DNA from: an uncultured Candidatus Saccharibacteria bacterium
Lineage (GTDB): Bacteria > Patescibacteriota > Minisyncoccia > Minisyncoccales > Staskawiczbacteraceae
Assembly: GCA_964366875.1 (NCBI GenBank)
Contig: CAYIVF010000002.1
Location: 1 to 53,234, forward strand
Length of the DNA: 53,234 nt
Direction: 5' to 3'
A program made the translations under genes and the position numbers. The notes below the pieces were generated by a model, which did no database searches, was not told where the DNA came from, and saw only the letters and a list, made by a program, of their open reading frames with translations. This document shows, piece after piece, positions 1 to 9,299 of the stretch (the first letter of the stretch is position 1; every line of letters starts with the position of its first letter).

Positions 1-2
1 CA

Positions 3-338
3 AGAACAATATCGCCCTTTAATGACGAATTAGCCGTAAAATCTGTAAGAAAAACTGGCCGCTGTATTGTGGCAGACAATGATTGGCTTCATTGTGGATT
101 TTCGGCCGAGGTGGCTGCCCGAATTTATGAAAAATGTTTTGGCAAATTAAAATGTCCAATTGAAAGAATAGGTTTTGCGCCCACTCCTTGTCCCACAGCA
201 AGGCATTTGGAAAACGAGTTTTATTCCAACGCAATTAAAATTATAAGAACTGCCGAAAAGATGTTGAAATTGAGCCCTACGGATTTGTCAAAAGAAGAAT
301 TTTATAGCCACGAGAAGAGATTTAAAGGTCCATTTTAA
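3..338 (+). CDS. 5'-truncated CDS: C-terminal domain of a transketolase / 2-oxoacid dehydrogenase E1-beta-like ThDP enzyme
   Basis: The frame is open from the window edge (phase starts at nt 3; the ORF-track M at 69 is an internal GTG). The translation RTISPFNDELAVKSVRKTGRCIVADNDWLHCGFSAEVAARIYE...GFAPTPCPTARHLENEFY resembles the transketolase_C / E1-beta C-terminal fold. Confidence 0.6.
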   Translation, partial: RTISPFNDELAVKSVRKTGRCIVADNDWLHCGFSAEVAARIYEKCFGKLKCPIERIGFAPTPCPTARHLENEFYSNAIKIIRTAEKMLKLSPTDLSKEEFYSHEKRFKGPF

Positions 339-362
339 TTTAAGGTAATTAATTACAAAAAC

Positions 363-971
363 ATGGAAAATATAAAAGCCAGAGAGTTCGCTAAAAATTA
401 TTTAGATGAATTAAAAAAAATTTTAGACCTGATGGAGGAGGATCTATTAGGTAAAATAGAAGAATTAGCAGTTTTGCTGCAAGAAGCGAAAAACAAAAAA
501 AATAGAATTTTTATGATGGGAAATGGGGGTTCTGGTTCAACCTCTTCCCATTTTGCTGAAGACCTTTCAAAGGGAACAATAGTCGGAGAGTCGTTGAGAT
601 TTAAAGCCATATCTCTATCAGACAGCATGCCTACAATGCTGGCATGGGCAAATGACAGCAGTTACGACGATATTTTTGTTGAGCAGTTAAAAAATTTAAT
701 GGAGCCAGGCGACATTGTGATTGGCATAAGCGGCAGCGGTAATTCAAAAAATGTAATTAAAGCGATTGAATATGCCAACAACAATGGCGGCGTCACAGTC
801 GGATTTTCAGGATATGACGGCGGAAAATTGATTAAATGCGCCAAGATTAATGTCCATGTGCCGAATTTCAGCATGCAAAGGGTAGAGGATATACACATGA
901 TGGTTGCTCATATTTTGATGGCTTTATTGCTGGAAATGGAAAAATTTAGTAGCCAAGAAAAAAAATCTTAA
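363..971 (+). CDS. gmhA: SIS-domain sedoheptulose-7-phosphate isomerase (GmhA family)
   Basis: The 202-aa product has the motifs MGNGGSGSTSSHFAEDL and GISGSGNSKNVIKAIEYA. It is clustered with heptose kinase and heptose-1-P nucleotidyltransferase/phosphatase genes. Confidence 0.8.
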   Translation: MENIKAREFAKNYLDELKKILDLMEEDLLGKIEELAVLLQEAKNKKNRIFMMGNGGSGSTSSHFAEDLSKGTIVGESLRFKAISLSDSMPTMLAWANDSSYDDIFVEQLKNLMEPGDIVIGISGSGNSKNVIKAIEYANNNGGVTVGFSGYDGGKLIKCAKINVHVPNFSMQRVEDIHMMVAHILMALLLEMEKFSSQEKKS

Positions 972-1018
972 AACCCAATTCTAAAATAATTTTTAATTAT
1001 TAATAAACAAAAAAATAT

Positions 1019-1726
1019 ATGTGCTGGCTGGATAAAAAATCTATTGAACAAATGCTAAAGATAAGAGATGATTTTGATATCTCTACTTTTGTGGAGACAG
1101 GAACATTTAAGGGTATAAACGCAAAATTCCACGCCCAGAATTTTAAAGAAGTGCTTACTTGCGACATAATAGACGAATATCTTAGGGTCGCTACAAAAAG
1201 GCTTGAGCCGTATAAAAACGTATTTGTTTACAAGCAATCAAGTCCTGATTTTTTGAAATTATTTATTCAAAAATATAACGAGCAGGGAAGAAAGGATATT
1301 GTTTTTATGTTTCTTGATGCCCATTTCTATGACCCCTCGCTTCCGCCGGATGAAAAATGGGTTGTTATTAACGAACTGAAAGCGTTAAAAGGTTTTAAAA
1401 ATTGCGTAATTTGTATCCATGATTTTGATTGCGAAGGGTTGGGACATTGCGTTTACGATGGTGAAAGTTTGGGTTGGCCATTAATAAAAAATGACTTAAT
1501 GAAGGTTAATACAGATTTCTCCCTTTATACAAATACTAAAGAATTCTGCCAGATTTATGATGAAAAAACAATTGCTAACGTACCCGGTATTGCTTTAGAC
1601 GCAGATACTTTAGATAATATCAGATACGCTTATAGCGCTGAGAGGCTGACTTACAGGGGGATTTTGTATTGTACCCCGAGAAAATTAGATTTAAATAATT
1701 TTCAGCTTAAAGAATTTAAGCCATAG
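1019..1726 (+). CDS. hypothetical protein with a class I methyltransferase-like fold (family not recognised)
   Basis: The 235-aa product has FVETGTFKG (Rossmann motif I-like) and FLDAH acidic motifs. It lies inside the sugar locus. Confidence 0.4.
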   Translation: MCWLDKKSIEQMLKIRDDFDISTFVETGTFKGINAKFHAQNFKEVLTCDIIDEYLRVATKRLEPYKNVFVYKQSSPDFLKLFIQKYNEQGRKDIVFMFLDAHFYDPSLPPDEKWVVINELKALKGFKNCVICIHDFDCEGLGHCVYDGESLGWPLIKNDLMKVNTDFSLYTNTKEFCQIYDEKTIANVPGIALDADTLDNIRYAYSAERLTYRGILYCTPRKLDLNNFQLKEFKP

Positions 1727-1736
1727 TAATAATTAT

Positions 1737-2516
1737 ATGGATTTGGACTTAAAAAATAAATATGCGTTAATAACAGGCGGCAGCCATGGAATCGGCCGTT
1801 CCATTGCTTTGGCTTTGGCTGAAGAGGGGTGCAATGTGGCGATTTGCGCGATTAATGAAGAAGAAGTCCAAGAAGTTGTGAAAGAAATAAAATTAAAAGG
1901 AGTCCAAGCTATTGGCATAGTTGCCGATGTAATGATTCGCGCAGATATTGATCGCGTAATAAAGACAGTTATAAATTCCTGGGGGACAATCGGTATTTTA
2001 GTAAATAACGTTGGCGGAGGAGGCAGGTGGGGCAGTTCGATTGTTGAGGAAACAAAAGAAGATGTATGGTTAGATGTTTATAATAAAAACGCTTTGGCGG
2101 CAGTTCGTTTTACCATGCGCGTTATCCCTTTTATGAAAAAACAAAAATGGGGCAGAGTGGTAACAATTAGTTCTATTTGCGGCCGCGAAGGAGGCGGCAG
2201 GCCATGGTTTAATATGGCAAAAGCCGCAGAGATTAGCCTTATGAAGACGTTAGCAATGAATCCTGACTTAGCAAGAGATGGAATTACCTTTAATAGCGTT
2301 GCTCCTGGTCCGATTATGATACCTGATACGGGTTGGGAAAAAGAGCAAAAAGAGAATCCCGAAGCATTTAAAAAAATTGTGGAAAAAATTCCACTCGGCA
2401 GGTTAGGCGCGCCAGGGGAAGTTGCTAGCCTTGTCGCCTTTCTTTGTTCTGCTAAAGCAAGTTTAATTAATGGAGCCTGTGTGGCTATAGATGGCGGAGA
2501 AAGCAAAAGTTTTTAA
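1737..2516 (+). CDS. short-chain dehydrogenase/reductase (FabG-like SDR)
   Basis: ITGGSHGIGRSIALALAEEG is a TGxxxGIG motif, and NNVGGG and the typical SDR C-terminus (PLGRLGAPGEVASLVAFLCS) are present. Confidence 0.85.
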   Translation: MDLDLKNKYALITGGSHGIGRSIALALAEEGCNVAICAINEEEVQEVVKEIKLKGVQAIGIVADVMIRADIDRVIKTVINSWGTIGILVNNVGGGGRWGSSIVEETKEDVWLDVYNKNALAAVRFTMRVIPFMKKQKWGRVVTISSICGREGGGRPWFNMAKAAEISLMKTLAMNPDLARDGITFNSVAPGPIMIPDTGWEKEQKENPEAFKKIVEKIPLGRLGAPGEVASLVAFLCSAKASLINGACVAIDGGESKSF

Positions 2517-2537
2517 ACTTTAATTTAGTGTCATATT

Positions 2538-3551
2538 ATGATAGAAAAAAATATTTTAGAAAATTTTAAAGGAAAAAATACTTTAGTGACTGGTGGAACT
2601 GGCATGATTGGCAGACAAGTGGTTGATATTTTATGCAATGCCGGAGCTAATGTTAAAATTGTTTCTTTAGACAACATAAATGTAGACAGCCGAGCCGAAC
2701 ATATTTTCGGCGATTTGACTAACTTTGAGTTTTGCAAAGAAATAACCAAAAATGTTGATTTTGTTTTTCATTTAGCCGGCATAAAGGGCTCAATTGAAGT
2801 AACTAAAACAAAACCAGCTAGTTTTTTCGTGCCTCTTCTGCAGTTTAACACTAATGTTTTAGAAGCATGCCGGCTTAACAGTGTTAAAAAAATTGTTTAT
2901 ACTAGTTCTATCGGGGCTTACGCTTCAGCTGAAGTTTTTAAGGAATCTGAAAATCTTGAAGGGTCCCCTATGGATATGTTCCCTGGCTGGGCGAAAAGAA
3001 TGGCTGAGTTGCAAGTTCAGGCCTATAAAATTCAATACGGTTTAGATAATTTTTCTATTGTAAGGCCCTGTAATGTTTATGGTCCGGGTGATAATTTTGA
3101 TCCTGAAAATGCCATGGTCATTCCTTCTTTAATGTATCGGATTTATCATAAAGAAGACCCGGTTGTGGTTTGGGGCGATGGAAAGGCAATTCGGGACTTT
3201 GCTTATAGCCGAGATGTGGCGGAAGGAGTAATTTTAGCTCTTTATTACGGAACTAACTCTAAGTTTGTAAATTTGGCTAGCGGCAAGGGATATTCAATCA
3301 AAGAATTATTAGAAACATTGCGCAGTTTTTTGGATTTTAATTATAAATTTGATGCTGAAAAGCCATCGGGATTTCCTAAAAGAGTTATGGATATATCTTT
3401 AGCTAAAGAGTTAATTCACTACAATCCAACAACTTCTTTGTTAGATGGTCTTAAAGAAACCTGGGATTGGTATGTAAAAAATCAAGAGGAATACTTAAAA
3501 AGAAAAAATTATTTTCGAGCAAACGAGAGTAATTCAGAAACTAATTTCTGA
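2538..3551 (+). CDS. NAD-dependent sugar-nucleotide epimerase/dehydratase (extended SDR)
   Basis: VTGGTGMIGRQVV is a Rossmann motif. The 337-aa length and the motifs RPCNVYGPGDNF and DFAYSRDVAEG are typical of the family. Confidence 0.75.
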   Translation: MIEKNILENFKGKNTLVTGGTGMIGRQVVDILCNAGANVKIVSLDNINVDSRAEHIFGDLTNFEFCKEITKNVDFVFHLAGIKGSIEVTKTKPASFFVPLLQFNTNVLEACRLNSVKKIVYTSSIGAYASAEVFKESENLEGSPMDMFPGWAKRMAELQVQAYKIQYGLDNFSIVRPCNVYGPGDNFDPENAMVIPSLMYRIYHKEDPVVVWGDGKAIRDFAYSRDVAEGVILALYYGTNSKFVNLASGKGYSIKELLETLRSFLDFNYKFDAEKPSGFPKRVMDISLAKELIHYNPTTSLLDGLKETWDWYVKNQEEYLKRKNYFRANESNSETNF

Positions 3552-3611
3552 ATTACCGAGCGAGCAATGAAAATATAGGATATTAAACTATATTTCAAAG
3601 AATTTTAAAAT

Positions 3612-4142
3612 ATGACCCAAGTATTAAAAACAAAATTAGACGGCGTTTTAATGTTCCAGTTAGAGCATAATGAAGACCACAGGGGAACCTATACTCAGCT
3701 TTACCATAAGGCAGATTATGCAGAAATTATTAAGAGAGAATTGGGAAAGGATGTAGAATTTGTTGAGGATGATTTTGCCGCATCCTCAAAAAATGTTTTA
3801 AGAGGCATTCACGGCGACGACAGAACCTGGAAGTTGGTAACTTGTTTGTCGGGAAAGTTTTACATAGTGGTTGTTAACTGCGATGAAAGTTCCAATAATT
3901 TTGGCCAGTGGCAGAATTTTATTTTGACCAAAGAAAATGGAAAGCAATTATTAATACCGCCAAAACACGGGCATGCTTATTTGGTTTTGAGCGATAACGC
4001 AGTGTTCCATTATAAGCAGTCCTGTTATTATCAAGGCATGGAAAAACAATTTACTTACAAATATGACGACCCCAGATTTAAGATTTGGTGGCCGATAAAA
4101 AACCCCATAACTTCTCTAAGGGATGAAATGGGGCATATATAA
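3612..4142 (+). CDS. RmlC-like cupin, NDP-4-keto-6-deoxy-sugar 3,5-epimerase family
   Basis: The 176-aa product has HNEDHRGTYTQLY, VLRGIHGD and LLIPPKHGHAYLVLSDNAVFHYKQ, matching the dTDP-4-dehydrorhamnose 3,5-epimerase fold. Confidence 0.85.
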   Translation: MTQVLKTKLDGVLMFQLEHNEDHRGTYTQLYHKADYAEIIKRELGKDVEFVEDDFAASSKNVLRGIHGDDRTWKLVTCLSGKFYIVVVNCDESSNNFGQWQNFILTKENGKQLLIPPKHGHAYLVLSDNAVFHYKQSCYYQGMEKQFTYKYDDPRFKIWWPIKNPITSLRDEMGHI

Positions 4143-4143
4143 T

Positions 4144-5109
4144 ATGAACCAAAAAACAGATTTTTATAAAGATAAAAAAGTTTTAGTGGCTGGCGGAGCC
4201 GGCTTTATCGGGACAAATTTAATAAAAAAACTTCTTTTGTTGGGAGCTAAAATAAAAGCGGCTGATATTAAAAAAGAGCCCCAATTAAAGGATGACAGAA
4301 TTGAATATCTAAATTGCGATTTTACCAAAAAAGAGGATTGCCAAAAAGCAGTTAAAGACATTGATTATGTTTTTATGGCCGCAGCCAATACTTCGGGAGC
4401 CGCAGTAATGGAAAAAACGCCTTTAGTTCATGTAACGCCTAATATTATCATGAACAGTTTAATGCTGGAAGCCAGTTACGAAGCAGGAGTAAAAAAGTTT
4501 TTATTTATAAGCAGTAATACTGTTTATCCGGTTTCAGACCAACCGGTAAAAGAGAGCGATATGAAATATGGCGATTTGTTTTCTAAATATTATTTTGTGG
4601 CTTGGATGAAGCAATTTTCAGAAGTGCTTTGCGAAATGTATACCAAAGTAAAAAATCCTATGAAGACAGTTGTGGTCAGGCCGGCAAATAGCTTTGGACC
4701 CTATAGCGATTTTGAATGGGAAACATCGCATGTTATTCCGGCTTTAATCAGAAAGGTTGTTGAAAGGCATAATCCAATAGAAGTTTGGGGCGATGGTTCA
4801 GATATTAAAGATTTTATTTATGTGGAAGATCTTGTTGAAGGGATGATTTTAGCAATGGAAAAGATTGAAAACTTTGAACCAATAAATATAGCTACCGGCA
4901 GGCCCTGCACTGTTAAAGAAATTTTAAACGCTATTTTAGTCGCCGATAATTATCAAGACGCGAAAATTGTTTTTAATACTTCCAAACCAACAATGATACC
5001 AAAGCGGCTGATTGACGCTTCAAAAGCAAAAGAGCTTTTGGGTTTTGAGGCAAAAACCTCATTAGACCAAGGCATTAAAAAAACCATTGATTGGTACAAA
5101 AATATATGA
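4144..5109 (+). CDS. NAD-dependent epimerase/reductase (GDP-fucose-synthase-like extended SDR)
   Basis: The start is moved to the ATG at 4144, just after the upstream stop (4140-4142). VLVAGGAGFIGTNL, SSNTVYP and DFIYVEDLVEG are present. Confidence 0.75.
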   Translation: MNQKTDFYKDKKVLVAGGAGFIGTNLIKKLLLLGAKIKAADIKKEPQLKDDRIEYLNCDFTKKEDCQKAVKDIDYVFMAAANTSGAAVMEKTPLVHVTPNIIMNSLMLEASYEAGVKKFLFISSNTVYPVSDQPVKESDMKYGDLFSKYYFVAWMKQFSEVLCEMYTKVKNPMKTVVVRPANSFGPYSDFEWETSHVIPALIRKVVERHNPIEVWGDGSDIKDFIYVEDLVEGMILAMEKIENFEPINIATGRPCTVKEILNAILVADNYQDAKIVFNTSKPTMIPKRLIDASKAKELLGFEAKTSLDQGIKKTIDWYKNI

Positions 5110-6104
5110 TTATTAGCAAAACACCTTTTCGTATTTCTTTTTTTGGAGGCGGAACGGATTACCCTGTTTGGTATGAAAAAAATGGCGGTTCGGTGTTAAG
5201 CACCACCATTAACAAATATTGTTACATAAATTGTCGGTATCTGCCGCCATTCTTTGACTATAAATATCGTATAAGGTATGCGGTTCGAGAGGAGGTTAAA
5301 AATATTTCTGAAATTGTGCATCCTTCTGTCAGAGAATGCTTAAAATTCTTAAATGTAAGCAATGGAATTGAAATGGTTCATACCAGCGATTTGCCGGCTA
5401 TGTCGGGGATTGGCTCTTCTTCCGCATTCACCGTAGGTTTTTTAAATAGTTTATACGCTTTGGCAGGAAAAATGGTTCCCAAAAAGCAATTGGCATTAAA
5501 CGCCATTTATGTTGAACAGGATTTAATAAAAGAAAATGTTGGTTCTCAAGACCAGACAGCAGCAGCTTTCGGCGGATTTAATCGGATAGATTTTGGCGGG
5601 GCCGAAGAAATCAATATTCATCCAGTAATTATTAGTCCAGAAAAACTAAAATTACTCCAGGACCATTTTATTTTGTTTTTTACCGGTTATTCAAGAGATG
5701 CTTCAGATATTGCCAAAGAACAAATAAAACAAACTCCCTCAAAATACAATGAATTATCTGCCATAAAAGCAATGGTAGACGAGGCAATGAGCATTCTTTA
5801 CAGCCAATCCCGCGGAATTGAAGATTTTGGAAAGCTTCTTCATGAATCATGGAAAATTAAAAGAAGCCTTACCAGCCTTATTTCAACAAACCAGATTGAT
5901 GAAATTTATGAAACCGCTATGAAAGCAGGAGCTATCGGAGGAAAATTATGCGGAGCAGGAGGGGGCGGTTTTATTCTCTTTTTCGCTCCGCCCGAAGTTC
6001 AACCACGCATAAAAGAAGCGTTAAAAAACTTATTATATGTGCCTTTTTCTTTTGAAACAGGAGGGAGCCAGGTAATTTTTAATAATCCGCAAGATTTTGT
6101 ATAA
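5106..6104 (+). CDS. hddA: GHMP-family sugar kinase, D-glycero-alpha-D-manno-heptose 7-phosphate kinase-like
   Basis: The start at 5106 gives MIISKTPFRISFFGGGTDYP and overlaps the upstream stop as ATGA. GHMP motifs LPAMSGIGSSSA and CGAGGGGF are present. Confidence 0.75.
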   Translation: MIISKTPFRISFFGGGTDYPVWYEKNGGSVLSTTINKYCYINCRYLPPFFDYKYRIRYAVREEVKNISEIVHPSVRECLKFLNVSNGIEMVHTSDLPAMSGIGSSSAFTVGFLNSLYALAGKMVPKKQLALNAIYVEQDLIKENVGSQDQTAAAFGGFNRIDFGGAEEINIHPVIISPEKLKLLQDHFILFFTGYSRDASDIAKEQIKQTPSKYNELSAIKAMVDEAMSILYSQSRGIEDFGKLLHESWKIKRSLTSLISTNQIDEIYETAMKAGAIGGKLCGAGGGGFILFFAPPEVQPRIKEALKNLLYVPFSFETGGSQVIFNNPQDFV

Positions 6105-6107
6105 AAA

Positions 6108-6128
6108 AAGAGGAACATTATTCCTCTT
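6108..6128. terminator. hairpin between convergent hddA and the NUDIX gene
   Basis: aagaggaa-catta-ttcctctt forms an 8-bp stem preceded by an A-run, so it could act in both directions. Confidence 0.5.
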
Positions 6129-6145
6129 ACCTTGAATGTCGCACC

Positions 6146-6694
6146 TTAACAGACATATCTTTGGGCGAGAAAAGTGACAGCAATTGTTTTTGAGTCACAA
6201 ATATCGCCCTCGTAGATCATTTTGAGCCAATCTGTCCAATCAATCAGCAGGAGACCGCCGATTTCCATTTTTTCAGTTTCGTCCAGTTTTTGCTCTCCGT
6301 CTTTTTTGCAGTCGGTAGCTAATACTGGCATAAATGGAGTGAAACAGCTGGCTGGATCAAGCCAAATAGGCTTGCCAAGTTTTGTCAATTTGTCAGCGAC
6401 ATAGCCGGTTTCTTCTGTCAATTCTCTGCCGGCAGATACCAGAATATCTTCCTTGGGATTAGTCCCGCCTCCGGGAATCTCAAGGATACACTCATTTGCT
6501 CCTCGGCGAAATTGGAGCAGAGCAATGACCTTTTTTTCCGGAGTGAGGGGAAGGACTATGACAGGAGGGGTCTTTCCGCCCCAAAGCAAAAAATCCCTTG
6601 TTTCGCCATCAGGATCAGAAAAATACCTTTCCAGTATTACCTTGCCATAACGTTCAATCAGGATTTTTTCATGGTCGATTTCTGGAATGTTCAC
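6146..6694 (-). CDS. NUDIX hydrolase (ADP-ribose / NDP-sugar pyrophosphatase-like)
   Basis: GGTNPKEDILVSAGRELTEETGY is a canonical Nudix box (Gx5Ex7REUxEExGU). Confidence 0.85.
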   Translation of the reverse strand: MNIPEIDHEKILIERYGKVILERYFSDPDGETRDFLLWGGKTPPVIVLPLTPEKKVIALLQFRRGANECILEIPGGGTNPKEDILVSAGRELTEETGYVADKLTKLGKPIWLDPASCFTPFMPVLATDCKKDGEQKLDETEKMEIGGLLLIDWTDWLKMIYEGDICDSKTIAVTFLAQRYVC

Positions 6695-6833
6695 AGAGGT
6701 CTCCTTTCATTTGTCAAAGATCGTGTCAAAAATGCTATAAAATAGAGTTTATTATATTATTATTATTTTGTCAAACGTTTATGAATAATGAATCGTTAAT
6801 TATAAAAGCATCAGAAATTAATTTAAACTTATT

Positions 6834-8129
6834 ATGAAAGCAGTAATTGCGGCGGGCGGAAAGGGCACTCGTCTGGCCATGGTTGCCAAAGATATTCCCA
6901 AGGCCTTAGTAAAGATAGGCGAGAAACCCATTATAGAACACCAAATTATACTTTTGAAAAAATACGGCATTAAAGACATCTGGATGCTTTTGGGATATAA
7001 AGGAGACCAAATAAATGAATATCTTAAAGACGGTAAAAAATGGGGAGTGAACATTCATTATCATCAAGAAAAAAAACCCTTAGGAAGAACAGGCGCCCTA
7101 AAAACAATAGAGGACAAAATAAAAGAAGATTTTTTATTTTTGTCTGGAGATATTATGATGGATTTTGATGTAAAAAGATTTATTGATTGGCACAGACAAA
7201 AAAAAGATAGAATTGCTTCAATTGTTGTTCATCCTTCAGACCATCCTTTTGACAGCGATTTAATTGAAACAGACAGCGCGGATAAAATTGTTTCTTTACT
7301 ATTAAAGCCCCATCAATCGGATATAATTTTTCAGAATTTAGGTATTGCCTCAATATTTATTTTTTCGTCCGATATATTTAAATATATACCAAAGGGCAAA
7401 AAAACTGATTTTGAAAAAGATGTATTGCCTGCAATTTTAAAAGCGGGCGAAAATGCTTATGCCTATAAAACTCCTGAATATATAAAAGATATGGGAACGC
7501 CAGAGCGCTTGGCGCAAGTTAAAAAAGATTATCTTTCAGGAAGAACAAAGAAACTTAATTTAAAAAATAAAAGAAAGGCAATTTTTCTTGATAGAGATGG
7601 AGTTATTAACAAAGAAGTTGACCAACTTTCAAAAATAGAGGACTTTAAGTTGTATGATTTTTCTGCCAGAGCCATAAAAAAAATCAATAATTCTGAATAT
7701 CTAACAATTATAATCACTAACCAGCCAATGATTGCCAAGGGTTTTATGCAAGAAAAAGACCTGTTTTTAATTCATAAAAAAATGGAAACAGAATTAAGTT
7801 TTAAGGGAGCAAAAATTGATGCTATTTATTATTGTCCCCATCATCCAGAAAAAGGATTTCCAGGCGAAGTGCCAGAATTAAAAATTGAATGCGATTGCCG
7901 GAAGCCCAAAATCGGATTGATTAAAAAAGCGGTTAAAGATTTTAATTTGGATTTAAACAAGTGTTTTTTTATAGGGGACTCAACCGCTGATGCTAAAACA
8001 GCTGAAAACGCTAAAATTAAGTTTGTTGGCGTAAAAACCGGCTATGGCTGTAAAGACGATATACACAAAATAAGTAAAAAATTTCTATTATATAAAAATT
8101 TGTTAAAAGCAATAGAGAATATTATTTAA
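6834..8129 (+). CDS. bifunctional fusion: sugar-1-phosphate nucleotidyltransferase (HddC-like) plus HAD D,D-heptose-1,7-bisphosphate phosphatase (GmhB-like)
   Basis: The N-terminus MKAVIAAGGKGTRL is the nucleotidyltransferase signature. The C-terminal half has HAD motifs IFLDRDGVINK, the GmhB-type Zn motif CPHHP...CDCRKP, and GDSTADAKTA. Confidence 0.8.
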   Translation: MKAVIAAGGKGTRLAMVAKDIPKALVKIGEKPIIEHQIILLKKYGIKDIWMLLGYKGDQINEYLKDGKKWGVNIHYHQEKKPLGRTGALKTIEDKIKEDFLFLSGDIMMDFDVKRFIDWHRQKKDRIASIVVHPSDHPFDSDLIETDSADKIVSLLLKPHQSDIIFQNLGIASIFIFSSDIFKYIPKGKKTDFEKDVLPAILKAGENAYAYKTPEYIKDMGTPERLAQVKKDYLSGRTKKLNLKNKRKAIFLDRDGVINKEVDQLSKIEDFKLYDFSARAIKKINNSEYLTIIITNQPMIAKGFMQEKDLFLIHKKMETELSFKGAKIDAIYYCPHHPEKGFPGEVPELKIECDCRKPKIGLIKKAVKDFNLDLNKCFFIGDSTADAKTAENAKIKFVGVKTGYGCKDDIHKISKKFLLYKNLLKAIENII

Positions 8130-8135
8130 AAATTA

Positions 8136-9299
8136 ATGAAACTTTTAATTATTTATCATGCAGGATTAGCAGAAGACGCCAAAGCGATTTTTAAAGAATA
8201 TGCTAGCCAAGGCATTGACCTTGCTGTTATCGTGCCTTTTAAATTTTATTCCTCAATCGGCCGCTGTTTTGAGTATGGCGAAAAAGACGATGACAAAACA
8301 TATCGTTTTATTCCGATAGAACTTAAAACTGGCTTTAATTTTTTTCGCCTTTTTAGAGCAATCAAACAAACCAAACCAGATGTTATTCATGTTTTAGACG
8401 AGTATTCAAGTATTTACCTTGCCCAAGCAATATTATGCCGCAATATTTTATATGGAAAAAAAGTTCCGGTTCTTGCTTATGTTTTTCAAAATATTCCATT
8501 TAAATCTCCTCCTTTTATTTTTGAATTTTCAATAAGATTCTTTAAGAGAATTGTATATAAAACATTTTATCCCTTAATTTTTTATTACCATAAAAAAAAT
8601 GTGAATGGCATTGCTGGCGGCAACAGTGAAGCGCTTTTGAATGTTAAAAACCTTAATCCGAATGTTCCTGCGCGTTTGATTTTTTGGGGAGTTGACCTTA
8701 AAAAATTTTCTTCTAAAAACCGCAATGCCTGCAGGGAAAAATTGGGAATTCAAAAAGGCATTAAAATGTTTGGTTATTTTGGAAGAATCATTAAGTTGAG
8801 GGGATTGGACAAGCTTATTTTGGCAATGAGCAAAATTGATGATTGTAATTTGATGATTGTGGGCGATGGAGAATATAAAGATAAATTAAATAAACTTATT
8901 GTTTCTTTGGGAATCCAAAATAAGATTCATTGGCATAACAGCGTTAAACTGAGAGAAATTGCAGATTATTACAACTCCATTGACGCTTTTGTTTTTCCGT
9001 CGCAAACCACTTTTACTTGCAAGGAACAATATGGCAGGGTTTTAGTGGAGGCGATGTCTTGCCAGATTCCAATTGTTGGCTCTAGTTCAGGAGCAATTCC
9101 TGAAGTGTTAAATGGTTATCCAAAGCATTTAATTTTTAAAGAAGACAGCGTTGACGATTTAATTGACAAATTAAATAAAATAACTGATTTAAAGTTTCCA
9201 GAAAATTTTAATATAAACAATTTTTTGCAAAAGTTTAGCATAGAAAATTTTGTTTCAGAGAATATTAAGTTTTATCAGAATTTTTTAAAAAATGATTAA
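8136..9299 (+). CDS. glycosyltransferase, GT4 (GT-B) family
   Basis: The C-terminal EQYGRVLVEAMSCQIPIVGSSSGAIPEV is an E-x7-E type GT4 motif. Confidence 0.8.
   Translation: MKLLIIYHAGLAEDAKAIFKEYASQGIDLAVIVPFKFYSSIGRCFEYGEKDDDKTYRFIPIELKTGFNFFRLFRAIKQTKPDVIHVLDEYSSIYLAQAILCRNILYGKKVPVLAYVFQNIPFKSPPFIFEFSIRFFKRIVYKTFYPLIFYYHKKNVNGIAGGNSEALLNVKNLNPNVPARLIFWGVDLKKFSSKNRNACREKLGIQKGIKMFGYFGRIIKLRGLDKLILAMSKIDDCNLMIVGDGEYKDKLNKLIVSLGIQNKIHWHNSVKLREIADYYNSIDAFVFPSQTTFTCKEQYGRVLVEAMSCQIPIVGSSSGAIPEVLNGYPKHLIFKEDSVDDLIDKLNKITDLKFPENFNINNFLQKFSIENFVSENIKFYQNFLKND

Noticed and set aside
6453-6837. Small plus-strand ORFs at 6453-6650, 6512-6745 and 6598-6837.
   Set aside because: They are antisense to the NUDIX gene or lie in the AT-rich promoter spacer, and they have no motifs.
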